64,000 bases of DNA from Dehalococcoidia bacterium (GCA_963555985.3 OY820591.1:1984001-2048000), one strand, 5' to 3'; counted from the first letter of the stretch, positions 47,903 through 58,130 are shown. Notes: generated from the letters alone by a model not told the origin. A program made the numbers and translations.

Positions 47903-50067
47903 CTGCGCCATTTGCGGAGCGGTATGGGAAGGCAGTGGGCGATCCTGAGCTGGGGCCGCGTTTGCTGGCGTTTCAGCGCTCGTGGCGGGAGAGCCGGGAT
48001 GCGCAGGTGCGGCGGCTGGAACAGCGCCGGGAGCAGTCGTTCGAGGAGTTGCGGCGCGATTTTGCGGCGGTCAAGGATCGGGTGCTTGAGCGGCATGAGG
48101 ACTACATCTCGGAGTTTCGAGCGAACGCGGAGGCGGCGGGCGCGGTGGTGGTAGAGCTTTCGACGGCGGAGGAGGCGGTGGCTTACATCGCCAACGTCTG
48201 CCGTGAGCGCGGGATCGAGTTGGTCGTTAAGAGCAAGTCGATGGTCTCGGAGGAGATCGAACTGAACGATGAGCTTGCGGAGCTCGGGATCACGGCGATC
48301 GAGACGGACTTGGGGGAGTGGCTGCTGCAACTGGCGAAGGAGCGTCCTTCGCATCTGGTGATGCCGGCGATTCACCAGAAACGGCAATTCGTCGCGGAGC
48401 TGCTGGGCGCGGAGTTGGATCGTGAGTTTGATCCGGACGACATTCCGGCGATGGTGGCGAGCGCGCGGGAGGGATTGCGGGGGCACTATCTGGCGGCGGG
48501 GGCGGGATTGACGGGTGCGAACGCGCTGGTGGCGGAAAGCGGCAGCATCATGGTGGTGACGAACGAGGGGAATATGCGGCTGGCGACCTCGCTGCCGGCG
48601 GTGCATTTTGTGACGGCGGGGATCGAGAAGCTCGTGCCGACGTGGGCGGACGCGGCGCGGCAATTGGAGTTGTTGCCGCGTTCGGCGACGGCGCAGACGT
48701 TGAGCACGTATACGACTTGCATTACGGGTCCGCAGCCCGGGCGCGAGATGCACATCATTCTGCTGGATAACGGTCGGCGGGCGATGGGGGAGGACTCCAC
48801 TTTTGCGGCGGCGCTGCGGTGCATCCGCTGCGGGGCTTGCGCGAATGTGTGTCCGCCTTATCAGGTGGTGGGGGGGCACGCTTTCGGGCATATCTACACG
48901 GGGGCGATCGGGTTGGTGAATACGGCGTTTCATCACACGGTCGCGGACGCGGCGGGGCCGCAGGGGTTGTGCGTGTCGTGCGGTGCGTGCGAGTCGGTGT
49001 GTCCGGTGGCGATCCCGCTGCCGAATCAGATTTTGCGGACTCGCAAGCGGGCGTCGGAGTCTGGGCACGCGCCGCGTTGGGAGCGGATTGTGCTGCGGGC
49101 GTGGTCGTCGCCGGGGCTGTTTCGGGCGGGGATGCGGCTTGCGGCGGTCGGGTCTGCGCTGGCGGCCGGGGTTGGGCTTGCGCGCAGGGGGCATCTTGCG
49201 CTGCCGCTGCCGAAGCGGTTGCGTTGGCGTGGTCTGCCTGTGATTCCGTGGCGTCATGCGCGGAGTCGGATTCGAGCGCGTCAGGCGCAGCCGACGCTGG
49301 CTGCAACGCCCGCCAGCGGGACGACGGTTGAGCTGTTTCTTCAGTGTCTGGCTGATCGGATTCTGCCGAACACTGCGGATGCGGCGGCTCGGTTGATTGA
49401 GGCGGGTGGCGCGTCGGTGCGGATTCCGGGGGATCAGCACTGCTGCGGTCTGCCGGCGTTCGATGCGGGGGATTGGGAGACGGCGCGGCGGATGGCGCGG
49501 CAGACGATCGTGGCGCTGGAGGATTCGGGCAACGCGATTGTGACACCTGCTCCCAGTTGTCTGATTGCGATGGAGCGGCACTGGCCGCAGCTGTTTGAGG
49601 AGGACGATCGCTGGCGTAGTCGTGGTGAGGCGGTCGCGGGCCGGGCGCATGATCTGGCGGGCTGGCTTGAGGGTCCCGGGCGGTTGCCGGACGGGTGTCT
49701 GGGCGGTTCGGAGACCGGCGAATCATGGACTGTGCATCGGTTCTGTCAGGCGACGAACACGCTTGGGGCGGGGGATCAGATTGATCGTCTGGTGGCTCGG
49801 CTGACGGGTGAACAGGCGGTTGCGTTGGACGAAGCTGAGGTTTGTTGCGGCTTTGGTGGGTTGACGTCGATTGCGGCTCCGGAAGTGGGGGCGGGGATTT
49901 TGGGGCGCAAGCTGGATTGTGTGGCGGCGAGCGGCTGCGGGACGCTGTTGAGTCATAATCCGGGTTGCGTTTTGCATCTGCGGGCGGGTGCGCACGCGGC
50001 GGGTGCGCCGCACCATACGCTCCACTACGCGGAGTACCTTGCCCGGCGTCTACCCGGCGTTCGTTGA
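47899..50067 (+). CDS. lutB: LutB-LutA fusion (LUD, two 4Fe-4S, CCG domains)
   Basis: KSKSMVSEEI, ETDLGEW, CIRCGACANVCP, QHCCG, VCCGFGG. Confidence 0.88.
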   Translation: MTAPFAERYGKAVGDPELGPRLLAFQRSWRESRDAQVRRLEQRREQSFEELRRDFAAVKDRVLERHEDYISEFRANAEAAGAVVVELSTAEEAVAYIANVCRERGIELVVKSKSMVSEEIELNDELAELGITAIETDLGEWLLQLAKERPSHLVMPAIHQKRQFVAELLGAELDREFDPDDIPAMVASAREGLRGHYLAAGAGLTGANALVAESGSIMVVTNEGNMRLATSLPAVHFVTAGIEKLVPTWADAARQLELLPRSATAQTLSTYTTCITGPQPGREMHIILLDNGRRAMGEDSTFAAALRCIRCGACANVCPPYQVVGGHAFGHIYTGAIGLVNTAFHHTVADAAGPQGLCVSCGACESVCPVAIPLPNQILRTRKRASESGHAPRWERIVLRAWSSPGLFRAGMRLAAVGSALAAGVGLARRGHLALPLPKRLRWRGLPVIPWRHARSRIRARQAQPTLAATPASGTTVELFLQCLADRILPNTADAAARLIEAGGASVRIPGDQHCCGLPAFDAGDWETARRMARQTIVALEDSGNAIVTPAPSCLIAMERHWPQLFEEDDRWRSRGEAVAGRAHDLAGWLEGPGRLPDGCLGGSETGESWTVHRFCQATNTLGAGDQIDRLVARLTGEQAVALDEAEVCCGFGGLTSIAAPEVGAGILGRKLDCVAASGCGTLLSHNPGCVLHLRAGAHAAGAPHHTLHYAEYLARRLPGVR

Positions 50068-50103
50068 CGGTCAGCTTCAAGCGCTCAGTTTGCGAGGATG
50101 GCT

Positions 50104-51018
50104 ATGACTCCCAGCATCATCGACGTTCACGTTCATCTTTGCCGGACGGCTCGGCAGGAGGCGATTGTGTTTCCGCGGGCGGGTTTGCCGGACGAGTGGC
50201 GCTGGGCGAACGGGGACGCCTGCGGGGAGTACATGACGCGCAACGGGGTGGAAGCGATTGTGGGTTTGAATTACATGGTGGTACCGCAGATGTTTGAGCA
50301 GCAGCGGGTTCGCCGGCCGGAGGCGAGCGAGGCTGAGTTGTGGGAGATGCTTCGGGAGCGTGTGCGCGAGTTCAATACGTGGACGTTGGGGCGACAGGCG
50401 GCAGATCCGCGCATTCGCACGTTCCTTTGCTGCGATATCGGCTGTTGGCGGGAGACCGATCTGTTGATGGAGGAGTTGGAGCGGGGGATCGCGGCTGGGG
50501 CGCGGGGGGTGAAGATGCATCCGGGGTTGGGTCGCTACTTTCCGGCGGACGAGCGGATGATGCCGCTGTATGCGCGTTTGGAGGAGGCGGGGCTGCCGAT
50601 CTTGAGCGATACGGGTTCGCTGCGGGGCGGGCCGGGCGAGGATGTGTACGGGATGCCGGATCATTTCATTCCGGTGTTTGAGCGGTTTCCGCGACTCCAG
50701 TTCATCATGGCGCATATGCCGGGGGCGTATTGGGATCAGCGGATCGAGATTGGGAAGCGTTTTCCGCAGGTGCTATTCGACACGGCGGGCGGGTTTGACG
50801 ACGGTCACTTTCCTTGCCGGGACGGTCGGCGCGCGTGCGCGTTGGAGGATGCGGCGCGGCTGATTCGGAAGCTGGGGGTGGAGCGGGTGCTGTTCGGGTC
50901 GGACGCGCCGGGGGCGGATCAGCGTCCGCAGGTGTTGCAGTTGTTGCGGAGCGGTCTGAGGGATGGGGAGCTGGAGTCGGTGTTGTCTGGGAATGCGCGT
51001 CCGGTGTTGGGGATATGA
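50104..51018 (+). CDS. Amidohydrolase_2-family protein
   Basis: IIDVHVH, GVKMHP, MAH, LFGSD. Confidence 0.88.
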   Translation: MTPSIIDVHVHLCRTARQEAIVFPRAGLPDEWRWANGDACGEYMTRNGVEAIVGLNYMVVPQMFEQQRVRRPEASEAELWEMLRERVREFNTWTLGRQAADPRIRTFLCCDIGCWRETDLLMEELERGIAAGARGVKMHPGLGRYFPADERMMPLYARLEEAGLPILSDTGSLRGGPGEDVYGMPDHFIPVFERFPRLQFIMAHMPGAYWDQRIEIGKRFPQVLFDTAGGFDDGHFPCRDGRRACALEDAARLIRKLGVERVLFGSDAPGADQRPQVLQLLRSGLRDGELESVLSGNARPVLGI

Positions 51019-51155
51019 TCGGGGAGGCAGAGAGACCCTGGAGAGCGTAAACGGGGCGGGTGATTTCGTCGTCGGGGTGTTCGGATTTCGACGGGGTACT
51101 GTTGGGTAGACCCGGTAGCCTCGTCGCGCACGGGAACCCTTGGTGGAGGTCACAC

Positions 51156-52601
51156 ATGTCGCATCTTGCGGAACTGCTCCAGGCTGCTGTGGATGAGACG
51201 CAGTTCGATCTGGGGCGCATCAGACAGATGATGACCGGGACGAGAACCAGCTACCGCAGCCACCCAGAAGACTTGGTGACGCCAGCCGAACTACGCGATT
51301 TGCTGGCACATCGACCTTATGGCGATCAAGCTATGCTCCGTGCCCGAGGTGCCGAGGTCATCATTTCTGGGGACACGCTACCTCGACTCACTGAGCATCT
51401 CGAGACGGTCCTGCAAGATTTCATCGATCCAAGTTCCGGTCTCATAGGCCATGTGTTTCCAATCCGGCTCCCAGGAAGTTTCCACACGACCGTCAAAACC
51501 AATGGAATTCAGCATCACCATTGTACGTCGTCACCCGGCAATTTTGCGAAAGCGCTCATACGAGGCGCGGCAGTGCTCGGTGTAGAGCGTATGTCGCAGC
51601 TTGTTGAGGGTTGGATTGAGGGGGAGGAAACAGTATTTCACAATCGGGCACTGTTGAACGGCGCGGAAGTCTTGAGTCAAAGGCTTGAGCCAATGAGAGG
51701 AGTGCTGATCGAGCCACTCCCGCTGTCCACCGATCAGCTGATCGGATACTTGCCTCACCGACCGGAGATGCGACCACGAGATTACCTCGGCCGCACCATT
51801 CTCTCGATCGAGTACAAGGTCGAGCCCACCCTGTATCAGCCGAGCGATAGGAACCTTGTCAAAGCATCGCCGCATACCGAAGTGCCGGGTGTCGATGTTC
51901 CGCTTGTTTTCTCTGCGGTCGCACTCGAATCTGATACGTATGCAGACGTTGCACTCTATTGGAATGACTACCTGTCGCTTGAGGCGTGTACGTTTCGAAG
52001 AGTCAAAGATGCGTGGCTCTTCGAGCCATCTCGATTTAGATCTGGGCGACGCACGGAAAATGTGCTGAGTACAACTTACCCAGACAACGTAACTACCCTT
52101 GAAGTTATCGATGACGGAAGACTCTCGATCGATAGCAGATCGCTGAGAGCAACAATTTTGGGGCTTGCGTCCGGTCGTTCTGAAAAACGTCGGATTGCAG
52201 CTACCCGTTGGGTGAGTTCGAAGGACTCGTCGTCCATTCTTGCGGACAGGTTTATTGATCTGCGCATTGCTTTGGAAGCTCTATATTTAGGGACAATCGG
52301 CGGCAAGTACCGTGGAGAAATGGTATTTCGGCTGGCCCTCTGTGGAGCTTGGCACCTTGGATCCGACTTTGCCGAGCGGAAGCGGTTTCGCAAGACTCTG
52401 CACGATGCCTACGGTAGGGCATCGGGTGTAGTGCATGGCGGTCGGATTGACCCCACACCGAAAAACCGCGAGTTGCTGGAAGATGCTCAGAGCTTATGCC
52501 GGCAAGGACTCCTCAAGTTGTTGCAGGATGACCGCCCGAGAGATACGAAAGACTGGTGGGAATTGATCCTTGGAGGGGAGATTCCAGTTGATCGGGCGTA
52601 G
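51156..52601 (+). CDS. HEPN-domain (ApeA-like) protein
   Basis: GGAGG RBS; C-terminal FIDLRIALEALYL...YGRASGVVHG (R-x5-H); visibly lower GC. Confidence 0.65.
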   Translation: MSHLAELLQAAVDETQFDLGRIRQMMTGTRTSYRSHPEDLVTPAELRDLLAHRPYGDQAMLRARGAEVIISGDTLPRLTEHLETVLQDFIDPSSGLIGHVFPIRLPGSFHTTVKTNGIQHHHCTSSPGNFAKALIRGAAVLGVERMSQLVEGWIEGEETVFHNRALLNGAEVLSQRLEPMRGVLIEPLPLSTDQLIGYLPHRPEMRPRDYLGRTILSIEYKVEPTLYQPSDRNLVKASPHTEVPGVDVPLVFSAVALESDTYADVALYWNDYLSLEACTFRRVKDAWLFEPSRFRSGRRTENVLSTTYPDNVTTLEVIDDGRLSIDSRSLRATILGLASGRSEKRRIAATRWVSSKDSSSILADRFIDLRIALEALYLGTIGGKYRGEMVFRLALCGAWHLGSDFAERKRFRKTLHDAYGRASGVVHGGRIDPTPKNRELLEDAQSLCRQGLLKLLQDDRPRDTKDWWELILGGEIPVDRA

Positions 52602-52611
52602 GACCGGGCGG

Positions 52612-52645
52612 GATACCCGCGGCGAGCGCGGGTATGACGGAATTT
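52612..52645. repeat. REP-like family A element
   Basis: GATACCCGCGGCGAGCGCGGGTATGACGG. Confidence 0.75.
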
Positions 52646-52688
52646 GGGGCGGGCGATGACGACCGGCCTCCGGGCATCCCACCCTCCC

Positions 52689-55607
52689 TCACACCACCAA
52701 CTCCGACCCCGGCGGCCTTGCCTTGCCTCCGTGGACGGAGGGTTCGGCGCACCATTTGGCGGCGAGTTGGCGGACTGCTTGGTAGGTGGAGTGGTCGAAG
52801 TTGAGTAGGTCGCAGATGAGGCGGCGGTCGAGGCGGGCTCGATTGGGGTCGGCGTCGGCGAGGTAGGCGGGTTTGAGGTCGCGGTTGCGGAAGTCGTCGA
52901 AGATGTCTTCGGCGGTTTGGAGTTGGTCGTCGCTGAGCGAATTCAGATCGAGTACGGGCAAGTTGTGCATTGTCTTAACAGTCATGTCGCCTCTCCCTGA
53001 CTGAGAGCGATTCGAATGCCACCAATAGAGAAGCAGCCCAAGTGTAGAATTTCCCCACACTGCAAAGGCGTAGTCGTATGAATCCGTGTCGAAGGTCACA
53101 TTCGGCCAGGCGCGGCCTCCAGCGGTTTTCACTTCAGTCATGGCTACTGCGAGAGGCTGAGACGTAAAGCGGAACCCTCTGCTGAGGTGAGCGCGGCTAG
53201 CGGATTTCCAAAGGTCAGCCGCTTTCAGTTCCATACCCTTACGTACGACGAATTGGGAATCAGGCTGGCAGACCATTTTAGTTTCGTGTTTGGCGTCGTG
53301 TTTCCACAGCACTGGATAAGTAGCAGTTGGGCTAGCAGGTCCTTTTGCAAATGGTCCTTTGTGGGCAGGACTGATAAACAACTGGGAATCGATGCCGCGA
53401 TGTCCTACATGGCCCAAGGGCTTGATCGGTAGATTCGCAGGCTGCGGATTGGTTGGGAGCCACAGCTTTCCATCGGAAAGGGAAGCTGCGACCTGACCGA
53501 CGGTCGCGTCCGAGAGTCTTGCGGCTCCCCATCCCGTGTCGGAAACCGGCGCAGGAGCCTCTAGAGTTTCTCCTCTTAGTTCGCTGCCGACCGACAAAGC
53601 GGTGCCCCCGTATGGTCCATCCTCGATTTTTCGTATCGACAGATGGCTAGCGAGGTTCCCGGACATACCGGCTGCGTCGGCAAGGTTCCGAGGGCGATCG
53701 AGAACCGAGGTGAACTTACCGCGGGAATCAGCGCCGCCTGATGTGCCTTTCTTAACTCGCTTTCTGGCAATCACCAGACATTCAGCCATCCCGGTATCGT
53801 TGGAGAATGACAACGCTTGATCGCCGCTCTCGGCTATGGTCAGGACCTCAATATCTTCATACTCTGTTGCGAGTAGCTTCCGCACTTTCTGCCAAGAAGA
53901 TGCGTTGACCATCGATGCAAGCAATACGAAGGCCATCACGCCTCCGGTCTTCAGCTTGCGATGTGCTATCGTGATGAACGCCGATCCTAGACCTGCATGG
54001 CCATGATATGTGGAACCCTTGGCTAGTTTGGCCAGCAGAGCTGCCATGTCGGCCTGGTCGTCCTCTTTCGCGTTGAATGCCGCGAACGCTGCGTTGAGCA
54101 CGCCGTCTTCCGCATCGAAGTGTTTGGTGTTGCTCGTGAAGGGCGGATTCATGATCACCAGGTCGAAGCCGCCGTCGGGGATATCGACGGTGACTTGGGC
54201 GGCGGTCTGTTCTCCGGCGCTGCCGGTTTGGAGGGCGGGGTCGCTGGTGTTGAAGAGGGTGAGCAGGTTGGAGGCTTGCAGCAGTTCGAGCGAGCCGATC
54301 TGGACGCTGCCGTCGTCCTGGCGTCCGTAGGGCATGGTGTAGAGGCGGGACTGTTGATAGCCGAGGTTAGGCTGCGCGCCGGCCAGGGTGGCGCCGGTGA
54401 TGTGGACGGCGGAGGGCATCACGTCGCAGCCGTAGAGGACTTCCTCCATCATCGCCGTGTGCAGCTTGGCGGGGTCGCCGCCGGCGCGCTCGTGTTTGGC
54501 GGCGATCTGCTCGTAGGCGGCGGAGAGCAAGGCGCCGGTGCCGCAGGCGAAATCGCCCACGCGGAGCTTGGCGATCCGCTCGGCGTCGCTCCAGTCGATG
54601 TCTTGCAGTTTGGCCACCGCTAGACGCGCCAGCAGCGCCGCCGATGCGGGCCGGGTGTAGAAGGTGGCGAGGTACTTGCGGTCGGAGATCAGGCGCTGGA
54701 AGATGCGTCCGGTCAGGTTGTGGGCGTTGTCGATGCCGGCGGCGTCGACTTCTTGGGCGGTGTCGCGCAGTTCGTCCAGCAGTTGTTTGGCAGCGCCCGA
54801 GGGGAGTTGCTGGAGGATGTCGCGGGCGATGGCGAAGATGGGGAAGTAGTTGATGTCGAGGATCTGATCCCAGGTGGCCAGGGTGTCTTTCTGGGGATTG
54901 GCGCTGCCGGGTCCGCAGACGAGATTGAGCGGTTTGACGCCCGCGTGCATTCCGGCGATGCGTTCGTGGAAGACGAGGGCGTTGGCGATGATGGCGCAGG
55001 CCATGCGCCGCGTTTGGGGGACGTTGCGCATTCCGAGCAGGTCGGAGACGGCGCGGACGATGTGCATCTGGGTCTCGCTGATCGCGTCGAGGACGACGGC
55101 GGCGCGTTGGATGCCGGATTGGAGAGTGTCGGCGGCTTCGTCTACCTCTTTCTGAGGTACGGAAACGAGCCGGATGAGGTCGGCGAGGTCTTCGAGTCCG
55201 CCTTCGAGCCAACCGGATTGGGGGAAGCGGCTGGGGGGCAGATCGCCTTCGTCGTAGCGGACGCACCAGGAGAGCCGGGTTTCGCGCAGAGCGGTTTCGA
55301 GGTCGGCGGCGGACTTGAGCTCGGCGGGGTAGCGCAGGGCGATGGCTGCTTCGACGGGTCGGGGTTGTCCGACGATGTTCTTGGCCAGGCGACTGGCGGC
55401 CTCGCTCTCGGCGTTGGAGGCGGGCATGAATTCGGCTTCGAGGGCGACGGGGGAGCGTCCGGGCGCGGTGATCAGGTTGTCGATTTGGAGGGCGGGGTTG
55501 TCGGGGATCAGGCCGGTGTGCTCGGAGCGGACGAGGCAGGTTTGCATCATCGCTTGGAGGAGTTTGCCGAGTGCGGCGTTGACGGTCGGTTCGGTCTGGT
55601 TGGGCAT
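52689..55607 (-). CDS. Type IIG-like fused endonuclease/N6-adenine methyltransferase
   Basis: Start MPNQTEPT; D..EAE nuclease-like N-terminus, ATFYT, DFACGTGAL, MNPPF. Confidence 0.82.
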   Translation of the reverse strand: MPNQTEPTVNAALGKLLQAMMQTCLVRSEHTGLIPDNPALQIDNLITAPGRSPVALEAEFMPASNAESEAASRLAKNIVGQPRPVEAAIALRYPAELKSAADLETALRETRLSWCVRYDEGDLPPSRFPQSGWLEGGLEDLADLIRLVSVPQKEVDEAADTLQSGIQRAAVVLDAISETQMHIVRAVSDLLGMRNVPQTRRMACAIIANALVFHERIAGMHAGVKPLNLVCGPGSANPQKDTLATWDQILDINYFPIFAIARDILQQLPSGAAKQLLDELRDTAQEVDAAGIDNAHNLTGRIFQRLISDRKYLATFYTRPASAALLARLAVAKLQDIDWSDAERIAKLRVGDFACGTGALLSAAYEQIAAKHERAGGDPAKLHTAMMEEVLYGCDVMPSAVHITGATLAGAQPNLGYQQSRLYTMPYGRQDDGSVQIGSLELLQASNLLTLFNTSDPALQTGSAGEQTAAQVTVDIPDGGFDLVIMNPPFTSNTKHFDAEDGVLNAAFAAFNAKEDDQADMAALLAKLAKGSTYHGHAGLGSAFITIAHRKLKTGGVMAFVLLASMVNASSWQKVRKLLATEYEDIEVLTIAESGDQALSFSNDTGMAECLVIARKRVKKGTSGGADSRGKFTSVLDRPRNLADAAGMSGNLASHLSIRKIEDGPYGGTALSVGSELRGETLEAPAPVSDTGWGAARLSDATVGQVAASLSDGKLWLPTNPQPANLPIKPLGHVGHRGIDSQLFISPAHKGPFAKGPASPTATYPVLWKHDAKHETKMVCQPDSQFVVRKGMELKAADLWKSASRAHLSRGFRFTSQPLAVAMTEVKTAGGRAWPNVTFDTDSYDYAFAVWGNSTLGLLLYWWHSNRSQSGRGDMTVKTMHNLPVLDLNSLSDDQLQTAEDIFDDFRNRDLKPAYLADADPNRARLDRRLICDLLNFDHSTYQAVRQLAAKWCAEPSVHGGKARPPGSELVV

Positions 55608-55757
55608 GGGGTCAGGATATTGCGGCTTGACGAACCGAAGCTGGTAGCTCTCGGAATTGTGGTCTGATCGTTCTGCACAACGAGTCGCTCCGGCGCGGCT
55701 CAGCGAACTCCGTGCGGCGTTTCTGGCGGCCCTGCGAGGGCTCTCTATACTCCGGGC

Positions 55758-56933
55758 ATGAGCGAACCGGGTTTGCGTGAAGAGCTTCGCAATTTGCAGG
55801 ACACGACTGCGATTGTGGGGGTTGGGACGACGGAGTTTGGGGCGATTTACCGGGATCTGGATCCGGAGCGGTCGGCGTATGAGTTGGGCTTGATTGCGTT
55901 TCGGGAGGCGCTGGCGGACAGCGGTTTGCGGAAGTCGGAGATTGACGGGGTGATTGTCTCGCGGTTGCCGCACTATGGGCGGATGTGCGAGATGATTGGG
56001 CTGCGGCATCCGCGTTTCGTGAACGTGTTGCCTGGGGAGGGGCGGCAGTCGGGGATCGCGTTGCAGTATGCGGCGCTGGCGGTGGCGAACGGGATGGCGT
56101 CGGCGGTGGCCTGCATTTACGGCAACAACGGGCGCTCGGCGGGGGCGCGCTACGGGGGGGAGAATCGGGGTCTGACGCCGCAGGCGATGTTCGAGGCTCC
56201 GTATGGGATGACGTCGCCTGGGGCGGTGACGTCGTTGATGTTCCGGCGGCATCAGTACCGCTACGGGACGACGACGGAGCCGCTTGGCCACTTGGCGATC
56301 TCGAATCGGGCGAACGCGGCGCTCAATCCGAATGCGGTGATGCAGAAACCGATCACGATGGACGACTACTACGGGGCTCGGTACATCGCGGAGCCGCTGT
56401 GTCTGTTGGACTACTGCCTGATCAACGACGGCGGGGTGTGTTTCATTGTCACGTCGGCGGAACGGGCGCGTGATCTGAAGCATCCGCCGGTGCTGGTACA
56501 CGCGACGTCGCAGGCGTCCGATCTCACGCCCGTCTATGTGGCCGACGACTTCTGGTATACGCCGATGGCGCAGATTGCGGACGATCTGTTCGCGATCTCG
56601 GAGGCGCAACGCGAGGACTTGGCGTTTGCGCAGCTCTACGACAACTTCACGCCGACGATGCTGTTCACGCTTGAGGGGATGGGTTTTTGCGAGCCGGGCG
56701 AAGGCGGCGACTGGATTACGCCGGAGCGGATCAACCTGCGCGGGGAGCTGCCGCTGAATACGGGCGGCGGGCATACGAGCGAGTCGTACATGCAGGGTTG
56801 GGCGCTGCACGTTGAGGCGGTGCGGCAACTTCGGGGAGAGTGCGGCGAGCGTCAGGTGGCGGACGCCCAATACGGCCTCTACGCCTGCGCAGCGCCGCTG
56901 GCGACCGGGCATATTCTCAAGCGCGACGACTAG
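55758..56933 (+). CDS. Thiolase-fold (SCP2/Ltp2-like) protein, likely an aldolase
   Basis: AIVGVG, DYCLINDGG, LYDNFT, NTGGGHTSESY; no canonical catalytic Cys. Confidence 0.85.
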   Translation: MSEPGLREELRNLQDTTAIVGVGTTEFGAIYRDLDPERSAYELGLIAFREALADSGLRKSEIDGVIVSRLPHYGRMCEMIGLRHPRFVNVLPGEGRQSGIALQYAALAVANGMASAVACIYGNNGRSAGARYGGENRGLTPQAMFEAPYGMTSPGAVTSLMFRRHQYRYGTTTEPLGHLAISNRANAALNPNAVMQKPITMDDYYGARYIAEPLCLLDYCLINDGGVCFIVTSAERARDLKHPPVLVHATSQASDLTPVYVADDFWYTPMAQIADDLFAISEAQREDLAFAQLYDNFTPTMLFTLEGMGFCEPGEGGDWITPERINLRGELPLNTGGGHTSESYMQGWALHVEAVRQLRGECGERQVADAQYGLYACAAPLATGHILKRDD

Positions 56934-56946
56934 CGGAGATCGAACG

Positions 56947-57384
56947 ATGACCACTGAGACCAGCGAGGGCCAGTCCTACGAGAAGCCGCTGCCGCCGATC
57001 ATCCAGTTGACGAAGCCGTTCTGGGACGGCTGCCGCGAGGGTGAGCTGCGGATTCAGTTCTGCAACATCTGCGACAAGCCCTGGTTCCCACCGGCGGAGG
57101 CGTGTCCGCGCTGTCTGATGAACGACTGGGAGTGGCGGGCGATCAGCGGTCGGGGGCGGGTGTGGTCGTGGATCCGGATGTGGCAGCGGTATTTCCCGGG
57201 TTGGAGTGCGGAGGAGTATCCCTACACGGTGGCGCTGATCGCGCTCGAAGAGGGTCCGTACATGTACTCGACGCTGGTCGGGATCGAGGACAGCGATGTG
57301 AGTTGTGATCTTGAGGTCGAGGTGGATTTTCGGGTGGTGAACAAGGAGGTGACGTTGCCGGTGTTTCGGCCAAGTCGAGGATGA
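56947..57384 (+). CDS. DUF35 Zn-ribbon/OB-fold protein
   Basis: PFW, CxxC..FPP..CPxC, GRVWSW, LEEG. Confidence 0.88.
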   Translation: MTTETSEGQSYEKPLPPIIQLTKPFWDGCREGELRIQFCNICDKPWFPPAEACPRCLMNDWEWRAISGRGRVWSWIRMWQRYFPGWSAEEYPYTVALIALEEGPYMYSTLVGIEDSDVSCDLEVEVDFRVVNKEVTLPVFRPSRG

Positions 57385-57390
57385 TTGCCA

Positions 57391-57987
57391 ATGCCTGACG
57401 AGCTGCCGCTAGAAGACGGATGGCCCGCACGCGACTTCGACGAAGACGCTCGCGCGTACTTGCTAGAGGAGGGTCGTCAGCGTGTACAGGCGCAGCTTGC
57501 GCACCTGCGGGCGCAAGATGTCAAGGTTGCCGCGCTGTTCACGGCGAGCGCTGGCCTGTTTGCGCTGAGTGGTCTGTTTGGCGACTTGAGAGTGGAAGCT
57601 ACCCCCGAAGCCGTATTGACCTTCATGGGCTTCTTTGCTTCGTTGGTCGCATGGTCCTTCTTGGGGCTCGCATACTGGACGCGGGACATGGGTGTCGGCT
57701 TGGACTTGGAGATTGTCCGAAGGTACTACGGTCGCGCATCGAGGCAAGAGCTTCAAGATGCGGCCTTAGAGGCCTTAGTCGCGGGTTTCATCCTCAATCA
57801 GCAGACGATTAGAGCAAAAACGCAATGGCTACAGAAGTCATTCTTTGCTGTGGCGACTCAACTGCTGCTGCTGTTCGCGGCGATCGTCGCCGCTGCTATC
57901 GCGTCTCCTGGTGATCTCGCGCCTCAAGATTCAACGGCGGCCGGCAGTTCGCAATCAGGCACCGTTCTTGTCGATGGTGAGCGGTAG
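57391..57987 (+). CDS. 3-TM membrane protein, paralogue of 60576..61064
   Basis: Three hydrophobic helices; Q..D.K, AY..R..G.DL, N..K pattern. Confidence 0.7.
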   Translation: MPDELPLEDGWPARDFDEDARAYLLEEGRQRVQAQLAHLRAQDVKVAALFTASAGLFALSGLFGDLRVEATPEAVLTFMGFFASLVAWSFLGLAYWTRDMGVGLDLEIVRRYYGRASRQELQDAALEALVAGFILNQQTIRAKTQWLQKSFFAVATQLLLLFAAIVAAAIASPGDLAPQDSTAAGSSQSGTVLVDGER

Positions 57988-58086
57988 CGGGCGACGGCGC
58001 GGTTCGGCGGGCTTGGGTGCTTGTTCGCCTGTGCCAGCGCCCTTTGGCTGCTCAGTTCTTGAAGTTCGTTGGTCTACAGTCGCCAT
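57955..58086 (-). CDS. 43-aa Pro-rich small peptide
   Basis: Manual translation MATVDQRTSRTEQPKGAGTGEQAPKPAEPRRRPLPLTIDKNGA; GAGGA RBS. Confidence 0.45.
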   Translation of the reverse strand: MATVDQRTSRTEQPKGAGTGEQAPKPAEPRRRPLPLTIDKNGA

Positions 58087-58130
58087 CTCAATCCTCGCTG
58101 CCGCTGGCCATCCTCGTTGCTTTGACTTTC

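Noticed and set aside
52689-56954. 1421-aa ORF as a giant fusion protein
   Set aside because: The first ~450 aa are the antisense shadow of the thiolase-like gene; the R-M protein starts at ATG 55607
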